A DNA stretch of 64,000 nucleotides, taken from positions 160,001 through 224,000 of the forward strand of contig CAVSGG010000008.1 in NCBI GenBank assembly GCA_963727455.1. Direction: 5' to 3'. A program made the position numbers and the translations under genes. A model generated the notes under the pieces. The model made no database searches and was not told where the DNA came from. It worked only from the letters and a program-made list of their open reading frames with translations. Positions 20,053 to 28,735 of the stretch are shown piece by piece. Each line of letters starts with the position of its first letter. The first letter of the stretch is position 1. Source of the stretch: Candidatus Krumholzibacteriota bacterium (GTDB taxonomy: Bacteria > Krumholzibacteriota > Krumholzibacteriia > JAJRXK01).

Positions 20053-20334
20053 ATGCGTATGAGACCCGATAAAATCCAGGATCTCGCCTCGAAAGTGGTG
20101 GAAATGCTACGCGAGGACCCGCGCGTCGAACTCCTCGCCACCGAAAACGCGATTCGGGTCGCCGTGGGTAGTGCGATCCGCGACGATTTGCAGGAAGAGG
20201 ACGAAATCGACCGCGAGGTGGAAAAACTGCTTAGTCGCCACGCGCGCGAGATCGAAAAAGAAGACATGGATCTGAGCGAGCTCCGCCTCAAGTTCAAGAA
20301 GCAGATCGCCAAACAACGTGGCTTCATCATTTGA
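20053..20334 (+). CDS. DUF507-like small protein
   Basis: MRMRPDKI...EEDEIDREVEKLL...KKQIAKQRGFII; AGGAG SD. Confidence 0.75.
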   Translation: MRMRPDKIQDLASKVVEMLREDPRVELLATENAIRVAVGSAIRDDLQEEDEIDREVEKLLSRHAREIEKEDMDLSELRLKFKKQIAKQRGFII

Positions 20335-20342
20335 GGGTGCCC

Positions 20343-20627
20343 ATGCGTTTCAGCGAGGAGAGAATCGAGAAGATCGCCAACGACATCGTCGACCGGCTTG
20401 CGGAAGAAGAGTTGGTGGATCTCACCATTGAAGAGGAAGAATTGGCCAACTTGGTCGGCGCGCTCCTCCTCTCGGATCTCGAGATGGAAAGCAAGATCCG
20501 ACGTGAGGCGATCGAATGGCTGGAGCGGAACCGTCCACATCTCGAGCCGGGGACCGACGACTGGTCGATCGAGCTGGAGAAGAAACTGGAAGACCTCGCG
20601 ATCTCCAAGGCCTACGTACTGCCCTAG
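20343..20627 (+). CDS. DUF507-like small protein (second, divergent copy)
   Basis: MRFSEERIEKIANDIVDRL...ESKIRREA...LAISKAYVLP; tandem with the previous gene. Confidence 0.65.
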   Translation: MRFSEERIEKIANDIVDRLAEEELVDLTIEEEELANLVGALLLSDLEMESKIRREAIEWLERNRPHLEPGTDDWSIELEKKLEDLAISKAYVLP

Positions 20628-20641
20628 GCCTCGAAGGTTCA

Positions 20642-21892
20642 ATGCGTATCCTCTTCGTCTCGCCCTATCTCCCTCACGGCACCATCGGTCACGGAGGCGG
20701 CACGGTCGTCTTCGAACTCATTCGCTGTCTCGCCCGCTCCCACGAAATTTGCCTACTCTGCTTTCAACGTGAAGGTGAGCAGGGGAAGGAGCGCGAACTC
20801 CTCGATGCGGGAGTGAGAGTGGAGCTGATTCCCTACCGCTCCGGTCAGGACAGAGGGCTGAAGCGAGCCCTTACCGTTCTCGATCGATTGCCGCGAATCG
20901 TGGTTTCCGCACTCGGTGGCCAACCCTACCGTTCGGTGCGCTACTCACACTCGAAGATGAAACGGCGCCTTCTTCAGCTCGTGCGCGAATGGAAACCGGA
21001 TGCGGTACAAGTGGAGTTCTTCGCCATGGCGCCCTACGCGCGAAAGATCATGCAGTACAAGCGGGAGACCTCAGGGAAGGTCCCCCTGGTGGTCTTGAGC
21101 ACGCACGAAGTCGAGACCCTGGTGCGGCTCCGTCGCCTGCTGGACGCCAAGAACTGGCTGTCGCGCAGCATGGCCTCGATACGACTGCGGCGCATTCGTC
21201 GTTACGAATCCAAGGCGAGCATGTGGGCGGATCGCGTGCTGTGCGTTTCGGAACAGGACCGTCAGGTGCTAGTGGGTATCACCGGGTCTGACCGACTCTT
21301 CACCCTGCCGCTGGGAGTGCCCCTCTCGCGGCTGCCCGAGGCGGACCCGAGCTTCGAAGCTCCCCCACGGATCCTCTTCGTGGGCAGCTTTTCGCATCCT
21401 CCCAACCGGCAGGCCGCCAGCTTCATCGTCAAGGAGCTGGTTCCGGCCCTTCGCCGGGACCATCCCACCCTGGTCTGCGAAATCGTGGGAAGAAACCCAT
21501 CCGCTGAGCTGAGGTCTGCGGCCGAAGCCACCCGAGGAGCGGTGATGATCCACGGCTTCGTTCCCGAACTCGAACCCATCTTTGCGCGAACCTGGCTCTT
21601 CGTGGCCCCACTCTTTTCCGGCGGAGGGATCAAAATCAAGATTCTCGAAGCCCTGGGCCGTGGAGCACCGGTGCTCACCACTCCCATCGGCCTGGACGGA
21701 ATCGCCGCGCCGGCGGGAGAGACCGTAGGCTGTGCGCGCGACGCTTCGGAGTTCATCCAGCAGTGTTCGCGGCTCCTGTCCCATCCGGAGATTCTCTCCT
21801 CGTGGGGAGGCAAGGGACGCGAGTACATCGCACACAATCATGACTGGCCGCGTCTGGCCGACAGGCTTTGTGAGATTCTGGCTGGAAAATGA
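20642..21892 (+). CDS. Glycosyltransferase family 4 (GT-B)
   Basis: MRILFVSPYLP, FVGSFSHPPN, APLFSGGGIKIKILEAL. Confidence 0.92.
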   Translation: MRILFVSPYLPHGTIGHGGGTVVFELIRCLARSHEICLLCFQREGEQGKERELLDAGVRVELIPYRSGQDRGLKRALTVLDRLPRIVVSALGGQPYRSVRYSHSKMKRRLLQLVREWKPDAVQVEFFAMAPYARKIMQYKRETSGKVPLVVLSTHEVETLVRLRRLLDAKNWLSRSMASIRLRRIRRYESKASMWADRVLCVSEQDRQVLVGITGSDRLFTLPLGVPLSRLPEADPSFEAPPRILFVGSFSHPPNRQAASFIVKELVPALRRDHPTLVCEIVGRNPSAELRSAAEATRGAVMIHGFVPELEPIFARTWLFVAPLFSGGGIKIKILEALGRGAPVLTTPIGLDGIAAPAGETVGCARDASEFIQQCSRLLSHPEILSSWGGKGREYIAHNHDWPRLADRLCEILAGK

Positions 21893-21922
21893 AAAGGGGC
21901 CGGCGACTCCGGCGCCGACCCC
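21892..21922 (-). terminator. Intrinsic terminator between convergent GT4 and PD40 genes
   Basis: Minus strand GGGGTCGGCG-CCGGAGT-CGCCGGCCCC followed by TTTT. Confidence 0.7.
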
Positions 21923-21954
21923 GCGTTATCGAACGAAACCGAAATAGTCGGCGT

Positions 21955-23187
21955 TTACTGAAAATCGTAGTCGAGCCAGATGTCGTTGCGCTGTCCCTTG
22001 AAGGCTTCGATCGGACTGTTGGCCGAGGCGTAGACCAGCCGGTTGGAGTTGTTGGGATCGAAGGACGGGTTGACTTCGTCCTGACGCGAGAACACGAGTT
22101 CGCTCTGGTTGCTTCCATCGCTGTCCATGATCCACAACGAGCGATCGCGTACTGAGGTGGTCATGTTCCTACGCGTGCTCACGAAGACGATCGACCCACC
22201 ATCGGGAGACCAGGTGGGGTCGAAGTTTTCCTCGGGGAGAAAACTGGGTCCGATCCCGTCGTTGTTGGCGTAGGTGAGCCGGCGCATGTTGAAATCGAGA
22301 ACTGCACCGGGCGAGGCGGGATCGAAGTCGATCACGTAGAGATCGCGCCCATTCGTCCCACCGATCCCGCGATTGGAAGCGAAAACGATGCTCCCCCCGC
22401 TGGGGGACCAGGCGCAGTCACCTTCCTTGGAAGAACCCGAGGTGAGCTGGTAGATTTCCTCCGTACTCACGTTCATGGCGAACAGGGCTTGCGGTTCGTA
22501 GACGTCGGGAATGGGCGGAACCGCAGTTGGACTGCCCGGCTTGAAGAAGTAACGACTGAAGAGAAGCCACTGGCCGTCATGCGACCAGGCGGGATCGTTG
22601 AAGAAGTACTCTTCCCCTTGCGGATCGCCAATGAAGTGCGCGCTCGTCACAGGGACTTCATCGCTCTGCGAGAGATCAACATCGCAAATATAAATCCGGT
22701 CACGGCGATCGAAATTCTGGATGACCACCGCGAACTGCGAACCGTTGGTGGGATTCCAGACCGGCTGGGACTTGCCCCGGATGTTGGGGTCGAACTGAAC
22801 CGTGCCCCCCGAGGAGATGTCCGAGTTCAAGGTTCCGAAGACCACTTTGCGGAAAGCTGCATCGCTCAGCGTATCGGGCATGCTAGTCGTCGGGTACGGC
22901 CTTAGATCGGATGGGATGTTGATGACCGCGATGTCCCGCGCGTTCTTGTCATCATCGATCTCGGGTACGAACGGCCAATCGGTGGAGAAGATGACGGTGA
23001 ACCCATCTGGATTGAGCGAGGGCTCGCGGTGAAAGATCGTTGAAGTGTCGGGAGTGACGATCAGCTGGGTCCCGCGTTGAGTGTAGGTTTCCTCCGTGGT
23101 ATCTGCGCAGCCGCTCGCGATCCAGGCCACTGCCGCCCCCAAGACAAGACACACGCCGAGGCGCCCCAAGCGCTCCGCTCTCCACAT
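21955..23187 (-). CDS. TolB-like PD40 beta-propeller lipoprotein
   Basis: Lipobox-like IASG-C; repeats PAWSHDG, AWSPSG.SIVFASNR, PTWSPDG.SIVFVSTR. Confidence 0.85.
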   Translation of the reverse strand: MWRAERLGRLGVCLVLGAAVAWIASGCADTTEETYTQRGTQLIVTPDTSTIFHREPSLNPDGFTVIFSTDWPFVPEIDDDKNARDIAVINIPSDLRPYPTTSMPDTLSDAAFRKVVFGTLNSDISSGGTVQFDPNIRGKSQPVWNPTNGSQFAVVIQNFDRRDRIYICDVDLSQSDEVPVTSAHFIGDPQGEEYFFNDPAWSHDGQWLLFSRYFFKPGSPTAVPPIPDVYEPQALFAMNVSTEEIYQLTSGSSKEGDCAWSPSGGSIVFASNRGIGGTNGRDLYVIDFDPASPGAVLDFNMRRLTYANNDGIGPSFLPEENFDPTWSPDGGSIVFVSTRRNMTTSVRDRSLWIMDSDGSNQSELVFSRQDEVNPSFDPNNSNRLVYASANSPIEAFKGQRNDIWLDYDFQ

Positions 23188-23257
23188 GGTGGCTCTCCAT
23201 CTTCGCTGAAGTGGTGCGGGACGCACCTCCGCGTCCCAATCCGCCCAAAGGCACTAC

Positions 23258-23287
23258 AAATTAAGGGATCGCGACCTAGCTTGTAAA
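23258..23287 (-). promoter_or_regulatory. Putative sigma70 promoter of the PD40 gene
   Basis: Minus strand TTTACA-18 nt-TAATTT. Confidence 0.4.
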
Positions 23288-23302
23288 CCCGTAGCTAGAA
23301 CT

Positions 23303-24604
23303 CTATCGCGCTTGCTCGAGATTGGACTTGGCCAGCGCGTTTCCCGGGTCCTTTTCCAGGATTCGACGCCAAATCCGCTTGGCTTCCTCTTTTTTCCCCA
23401 GCTCGAGCAGAATCACCGCCTCCAAGTTGGCCAGCTTCAGGTCCTCCGGATCCAATTCCACTCCTTTTTGCGCCGCGCTCAGGGCCAGAGCCAGATCTCC
23501 GCCCTCCCTCCGCACCAGAGCGAGGACCCCCCAGCTCTGGGCGAGCTGCGGTGGATGGCGCTTGGCGAGGGCCTCGATGGAGTCGGGCTGTCCCAGGCTC
23601 TGCCAGGCTAGAAGAAGGTTGTAGAGCGACTTCTGAGAGGGCGGTTTGCCGGCCACAGACTTCTGAAGCCAGGGTAGGGCCTGCTTCGCCTTCCCCTGTC
23701 TCAAAAGCAGGCTCCCCGCCGCGGCGGCGCAGTCCAGGGCGGAGCTGTCGCGCTGCGCGCAGCTCTCATACCAAGAGATGGCGGCATCCACGGACTTGGT
23801 GCGAGAGAGCTCGGCCAGCCGTCGGGCTGAATCAGCGTCGGGATGCGCCTCCTCGAGCTGCGTCCATAGCTTCCATGCTTCCGTGGTGTCCTGGCGCGCG
23901 TCGGCCAGGCGGGCCCGCTGGCGCAGCACGCGCAAGTCGCCCTTGGCTATGCGCCACGCTTCCTCCAACTCTTCCTTCGCCTCGTCAAGGCGATGGTAGT
24001 CCAGGTAGCCGGTGCCCAGGGCGAGCCTGGGTTCCAGCTCGTCCGGTGCCAGCTGTACCGCACGTTGGTACTCCGCCATGGCGCGACCGGTGCGGTCCAA
24101 GGCCTGCAGAGACTTCGCCAGGTTCATGTGCAGTTCGTAGAGGGAATCCTCCGCGCGGAGCCCCTCCTCGTAGGCTCCGACCGCATCGCGGTAGCGCGAG
24201 AGCTGCGCGAGCACCAGACCTTTCAAATTCCATAGCCGGGGCGTGGTGTCTTCGCTCCGCAGGGAATCCTGAAAGACTGTGAGGACCTGAGCGTAGTGAC
24301 CCGCCTCGAACTCCCCGGTGAGACGGGCCAGCAGCGCTTCGCGAGCACGCGCCGCATCGTAGCGATCCCCTGCCGAGGCCGGCCCCGATGCAAAGAAAAT
24401 GAGAAAATAGAGCCCAAGGAGCCCAAGAACCGCGCGTCGGCCGCTAGGCCTGGGACGGCCCGGTTTGACCCTCGAGGAGCGGCTCGTGTGCACTTGGTTC
24501 GTCTTCTCTCTGGGGGCCCGGGGAGAACTGGAATCGCGATCCTTCCATGACTGAAACCCAGGACATAGGGCGTGGGCGGTGCCGGTGGGTTCCGTCGTGC
24601 GCAA
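23303..24604 (-). CDS. Exported TPR-repeat protein (true start probably downstream of 24604)
   Basis: Signal-peptide-like segment LGLLGLYFLIFFASGPASA then TPR units (LWNLKGLVLAQL, LHMNLAKSL, ILEKDPGNALA). Confidence 0.8.
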   Translation of the reverse strand: MRTTEPTGTAHALCPGFQSWKDRDSSSPRAPREKTNQVHTSRSSRVKPGRPRPSGRRAVLGLLGLYFLIFFASGPASAGDRYDAARAREALLARLTGEFEAGHYAQVLTVFQDSLRSEDTTPRLWNLKGLVLAQLSRYRDAVGAYEEGLRAEDSLYELHMNLAKSLQALDRTGRAMAEYQRAVQLAPDELEPRLALGTGYLDYHRLDEAKEELEEAWRIAKGDLRVLRQRARLADARQDTTEAWKLWTQLEEAHPDADSARRLAELSRTKSVDAAISWYESCAQRDSSALDCAAAAGSLLLRQGKAKQALPWLQKSVAGKPPSQKSLYNLLLAWQSLGQPDSIEALAKRHPPQLAQSWGVLALVRREGGDLALALSAAQKGVELDPEDLKLANLEAVILLELGKKEEAKRIWRRILEKDPGNALAKSNLEQAR

Positions 24605-24735
24605 TTTACGCCTTGCTGCTGCTTCTGGCGAGCGGCGCTCAGCGGGTGGTTCTGCGTTTGGACGGAAAGCTCGTCGACAGTCGCGCCATCACTCTGCTTC
24701 GCTGAGCAACCCTCCCCAGGGCAAAGCACGCTCCC

Positions 24736-25287
24736 TCAGGCGCTCTGAGGAAAGAGATATTGGTTCCAGCTCTCGGAGGTCCGCCCCTTGCCCCAGGGGA
24801 GTGCCAGGACCCAACGCGGGCGTTGGGGCGCCCTCATCAGCTTCATTCCCGCTTCCTCGGGAAGTCGATTTCCTTTGCGATTGTTGCACGGCAGGCAGGC
24901 GGCGACGCAGTTCTCCCAACTGTGTGCTCCGCCGTGAGGATAACGTTTGGTCTTTCGACTTCGAGGCACGACGTGATCCACCGTGAGCGCCATGTCGGTG
25001 GCGCCGCAGTACTGACAGGTCCACGAGTCGCGCGCCAGGATGTTGCGCTTGTTGAAACGCACACGCAGGGTTCGATAGACGCGATGAGCGATGGCGATGA
25101 GCAGCCGGATGATCACCGGACAATTCAACTCGAGATGCTCGCTGTGCAGAATCCTCCCCGATTCCGATTCCACCACGACCGCCTTCCCCAGAGCGAGCAA
25201 ACTCAGGGCACGACGAACCGGCACCACGTTCACCGCCTGGTAACCCGCGTCGAGAACGAGAACTGGAGTGCTCAGGTCGCCGATCAT
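24736..25287 (-). CDS. HNH endonuclease family protein
   Basis: VLVLDAGY, NILARDSWTCQYCG, TVDHVVPRSR, WENCVAACLPCNNRKG. Confidence 0.93.
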   Translation of the reverse strand: MIGDLSTPVLVLDAGYQAVNVVPVRRALSLLALGKAVVVESESGRILHSEHLELNCPVIIRLLIAIAHRVYRTLRVRFNKRNILARDSWTCQYCGATDMALTVDHVVPRSRKTKRYPHGGAHSWENCVAACLPCNNRKGNRLPEEAGMKLMRAPQRPRWVLALPWGKGRTSESWNQYLFPQSA

Positions 25288-25353
25288 GAGGAGTATCCTA
25301 GCTCGATTTTCAACGAGTCCGCAAGAGTGAGACTTGCTCCAAACGGGCCTCCC

Positions 25354-26907
25354 TTAGCGCTCGTGGGGCATTCGCTCCTCTGGGGCAATGAAGTAGGTGT
25401 TCCCGGAGTAGGCCAGAAAGTTGGACACCCGACTGGTGTAAATACAAGCGAACTCCCTGACCTGCCGGCCAAAACGGCTGTTCTCGTTTCCCTCGCGAAA
25501 GAGCGAACCCCAATGCGGATTGTGTCCTTCCGTGATGACCCTCGAGAGTTCAGCCATGCGCCCGCGGTACTGTGCGCTCATGTAGTCGAGCCCCTCGAGC
25601 ACGCGTTTCATCCCCTCGCGGTGACGTTTTCGTTCCTTGGGGTCCAGCCCGATCCAGGTGTCCATCTCGGGCAAGCGATAGGCCAGGTGCCGGCCGGAAT
25701 CCTCGCCTGTTCCGTTCTCCTGATCGCCATCTAGGGTTTCCAAGAGGAAGCGCAGGTGATCGCGGTCGAGGGCCAGGTCCTGTTGCCGGGCCATGAGTCC
25801 GTTGAGTTCGCGTCGTTGATAGAGGAGTCGGCGATTGGCCGCGATTTCTTGCTCGAGTTCCTGCACGATCATCGCGGTGCGCCAGCCCACCGTCTTCTTG
25901 CTCTTGAGGATGTCCCCGTAGGTATGGTCACCGAAGTACAGAACTTGGTCGCCATTGGCATCGAGGAAACGTTCGACCCAGTTTGCGTTTCCCCCGCTGA
26001 AGTAGAACTCCCCTCTACCCGGACACTCGGGAGCGGGAATGACCTCCGGCTGGCGCTTTTCCAGAAAGAAGCCGGGTTTCTTGGCGCTGACTACGACCAA
26101 ATCGAAGAGCTGCTTCCAATTGCCCTCGGCTAGGCCGAGCAGATAATCCATGACCGCTTCGGTGTAGGAATGCTCGCTGTTGGTGAGCAGGAAGACCTTT
26201 TTCCCCAAGGCTCGAAAGCGCAGCAGCGTGGCGGCGAGGTCGGGGTCCCACACGAAATAGCGCGAGAGGTCTTTGACGATGATGGACTTGAGGGAACCGT
26301 CCCGGTGCGTCTTGTCCACGCAGGCCCGAACGTCATCGAAAATCTGGTTCGGTTTGAGGTGAGACAATTGGCTGTTGGGATCGGAGCGCCTGAGATCCAT
26401 GAGCGCCGAATACAGCGATCCCTCGGGCATGCTGAATAGAGTATCGAAGCTCTGGTAGCGGTCGCTCCTGAGATTCACCCGTGAACGTCGGTAGAGCTTC
26501 TTGCGCTCGTCTCGGTCCAGCGTGTGCCCGCCGTGCATCGCCTTGGCGATGTAACCATGGAAGTCCATTTTCAGGATGTTGCCGTGCCGCTTGTCCACGA
26601 TGAGTCCACGGATGATGCAGTCGGGATCGTACTTGATGCCGCGAATTCCGTCCGGGTAGCCGCGCCATTCGACCAGATTTTGTACGGCCAGGTCGTGGGT
26701 CAGCTGCTCGAACGACGCGCGATTGTACAGGGCCAGGGTGTGGTCCATGTCGAAGCCGAGTGCCCGAACTCCTTCCATACGCAGGTTGCGGTTCACGAAC
26801 ACGCGTCGCTCTCGGGGAATGTGCTTTTCCCCGGGGAGCAGGTGCTGGATGGCGGTGGAGAAGAGGGTCTTCTCGCGGGCGAGCGATTCGCTCTCGTGAT
26901 TCGACAT
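25354..26907 (-). CDS. HAD-IG family 5'-nucleotidase (cN-II-like)
   Basis: GFDMDHTL, LLTNS, AKKPGFF, YFGDHTYGDI, ACIYTSRVSN. Confidence 0.93.
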   Translation of the reverse strand: MSNHESESLAREKTLFSTAIQHLLPGEKHIPRERRVFVNRNLRMEGVRALGFDMDHTLALYNRASFEQLTHDLAVQNLVEWRGYPDGIRGIKYDPDCIIRGLIVDKRHGNILKMDFHGYIAKAMHGGHTLDRDERKKLYRRSRVNLRSDRYQSFDTLFSMPEGSLYSALMDLRRSDPNSQLSHLKPNQIFDDVRACVDKTHRDGSLKSIIVKDLSRYFVWDPDLAATLLRFRALGKKVFLLTNSEHSYTEAVMDYLLGLAEGNWKQLFDLVVVSAKKPGFFLEKRQPEVIPAPECPGRGEFYFSGGNANWVERFLDANGDQVLYFGDHTYGDILKSKKTVGWRTAMIVQELEQEIAANRRLLYQRRELNGLMARQQDLALDRDHLRFLLETLDGDQENGTGEDSGRHLAYRLPEMDTWIGLDPKERKRHREGMKRVLEGLDYMSAQYRGRMAELSRVITEGHNPHWGSLFREGNENSRFGRQVREFACIYTSRVSNFLAYSGNTYFIAPEERMPHER

Positions 26908-26994
26908 GAAATACCGTCCTGGGCGGCTTGAAATCCGTGTGAGCCATGATCGGCCACGAATGCGCCGCTCGCAATGGCGGAACTCTATTCTCGA

Positions 26995-28365
26995 TCAGAC
27001 TTCGGCCGCGACCTCACCACTGAGCTTGGCGCTGAGCCGCGAGAGGTGCGGGTTTTCCGGCAGGAGCACCGTAAGCCTTCGCAGCCAACTCAGGGCATTG
27101 TCCACGAATCCCAGTCGGGCGAGAACTTCAATACCACCCTCCCAGGAGCCGCCGTGCGCCGGTTCCTGTTCCATGGCTTTCAGATAGAGTTGCAGGGCAT
27201 CGTAGTCGCGGCCCTCGAGTTCCGCCGCGCGAGCAAGACCGTGCCACGCGGCGGCCTCTTTGGGGTTCTCCTCCAGAGCCTGCCGGAAGAAGCTCCGCGC
27301 TTCCTCCAGCTTCCTCTCGGCCAGCGCGCAATTACCCAGCCAGATCCGTGGGAGGCGGTGGAAGTAACTCTCGTGGATCTCGTTGACTTCGATTCTCTCG
27401 GGACCGTCGAGCAAAGACTCGAACTGTCGGCGGGACAAGTCACGGAACCGGCTCCCCTTCTGGCCCTCCCCCGCGCAGAGCAGCAGCGTGGCGCCGTGCT
27501 CGAAGCGAAGGGGCGAGCTCTCACCATGGCGTTCGAGGCCCTGCTCGACCAATTCGAGGGCCTCCTCGGGGCGGTCGACGGTACGAAGCGCCTTGGAGTA
27601 GAGCGCATAGAGCCCACCTGCCCAGCCGACACCGTCCAGGGCTTCCTCATCGAGTTGTTCCAGAAGACCTACGGATTCCTGGGCCTGCCGCATCACCTGC
27701 GAGAATCCACGCACGGCGGAAATCTCCCCGCCGTCTTCCCGCGCCAGATGACGCGCGAGTTGGTAGCGCAACCACGCCTCACCCGGCTGCTCGCGCACCG
27801 CCTGTCGCAAGAGCCGAAGACCTTCGGTCGCAGGCTCATCGCCCCCGAAGGCACTGCGAACCCTGAGAGAACTCGGCAAGCACTCCCCTCCGCTCTCACG
27901 CGAAATTTCGTCCAGGGAGGGTTCGATCTGCTCGCAGACACGCTGGCGATACTTCACTCGCGGGAGATTTCGAAAGAGTCGCAACTCGTCGCGCACCAGG
28001 TTTGCCCCACCCCGGTCTTCGCGGCGGACGCGGCAGTAGTACGCCAGGGCATCGGGGTCGGCCAAGAGCCGACCCAAATCGACCGGCCTCACCTGCTCGA
28101 GTACTTCGCCGGGGTTCAGGACCAGTATCCAGTCGCCGTAGGCCGCCGCCAAACCGGCATTTCGCGCACGCGCGTGGTCGTCGCCGAAGGAGCCGTCTAT
28201 CACCCGCGCTCCGTAGCCTTCGACGATGAGTCGTGTGTTGTCGTGGGATTCGAAGTCGACTGCCACCACCTCGTCCACGTGGGACAGCACTGACTTCAAG
28301 GTGCGGCCGATGGTCTCCTCTTCATCCCGCATGATGAGACAGAGACTCAGGGAGTGCTTCTGCAT
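26995..28365 (-). CDS. GT2-like domain + TPR protein (DxD motif degenerate)
   Basis: LSLCLIMRDEE, VDEVVAVD, ARARNAGL, WILVLNPGE; C-terminal TPRs. Confidence 0.8.
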   Translation of the reverse strand: MQKHSLSLCLIMRDEEETIGRTLKSVLSHVDEVVAVDFESHDNTRLIVEGYGARVIDGSFGDDHARARNAGLAAAYGDWILVLNPGEVLEQVRPVDLGRLLADPDALAYYCRVRREDRGGANLVRDELRLFRNLPRVKYRQRVCEQIEPSLDEISRESGGECLPSSLRVRSAFGGDEPATEGLRLLRQAVREQPGEAWLRYQLARHLAREDGGEISAVRGFSQVMRQAQESVGLLEQLDEEALDGVGWAGGLYALYSKALRTVDRPEEALELVEQGLERHGESSPLRFEHGATLLLCAGEGQKGSRFRDLSRRQFESLLDGPERIEVNEIHESYFHRLPRIWLGNCALAERKLEEARSFFRQALEENPKEAAAWHGLARAAELEGRDYDALQLYLKAMEQEPAHGGSWEGGIEVLARLGFVDNALSWLRRLTVLLPENPHLSRLSAKLSGEVAAEV

Positions 28366-28486
28366 GGCTCGGATCGATCCTCCCGGAACATGAGCCCGCG
28401 TTTGCTCCAACCGGGAGCGTGGTCGAGCCCGGGAGGATGCAGGGAACGATGGGAAAAGGCCGAGAGCGAGAGGGTACCTTGCAGAT

Positions 28487-28735
28487 CTAGAGGGCACGAT
28501 CGTGCATCTTGCGAACACGACCGAGATGCTCGTTTCCCTGCTGCTTCAATTTGAGCAGCCGGTGGCCCGTACTCTGACACCAAGCGGGAAGGTCGAAGGC
28601 GATGGCCGCATCGTCACTGTGGACGACGATCACCGTCCCCACCTCCTGCAGGGCAATCAACTGCGCAAGCTCCAGGATCGGGGCAGGACACAGCTTCCCC
28701 CTGACATCCAGCACGATTTCCCGAGCCTGAGTCAT
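28487..28735 (-). CDS. tusA: TusA/SirA family sulfur carrier
   Basis: LDVRGKLCPAP (CPxP), DD...DLPAWC; ATGA overlap with the upstream gene. Confidence 0.88.
   Translation of the reverse strand: MTQAREIVLDVRGKLCPAPILELAQLIALQEVGTVIVVHSDDAAIAFDLPAWCQSTGHRLLKLKQQGNEHLGRVRKMHDRAL

Noticed and set aside
24495-24735. Possible structured RNA between the TPR and HNH genes (GCTCAGCG/CGCTGAGC stem)
   Set aside because: Only one convincing 8-bp stem in GC-rich DNA, no family motif, and the TPR start codon is uncertain.
24736-25287. HNH gene as a defence system or mobile element
   Set aside because: No methylase, ATPase, transposase, intron or terminal repeats nearby; it resembles the widespread stand-alone family.
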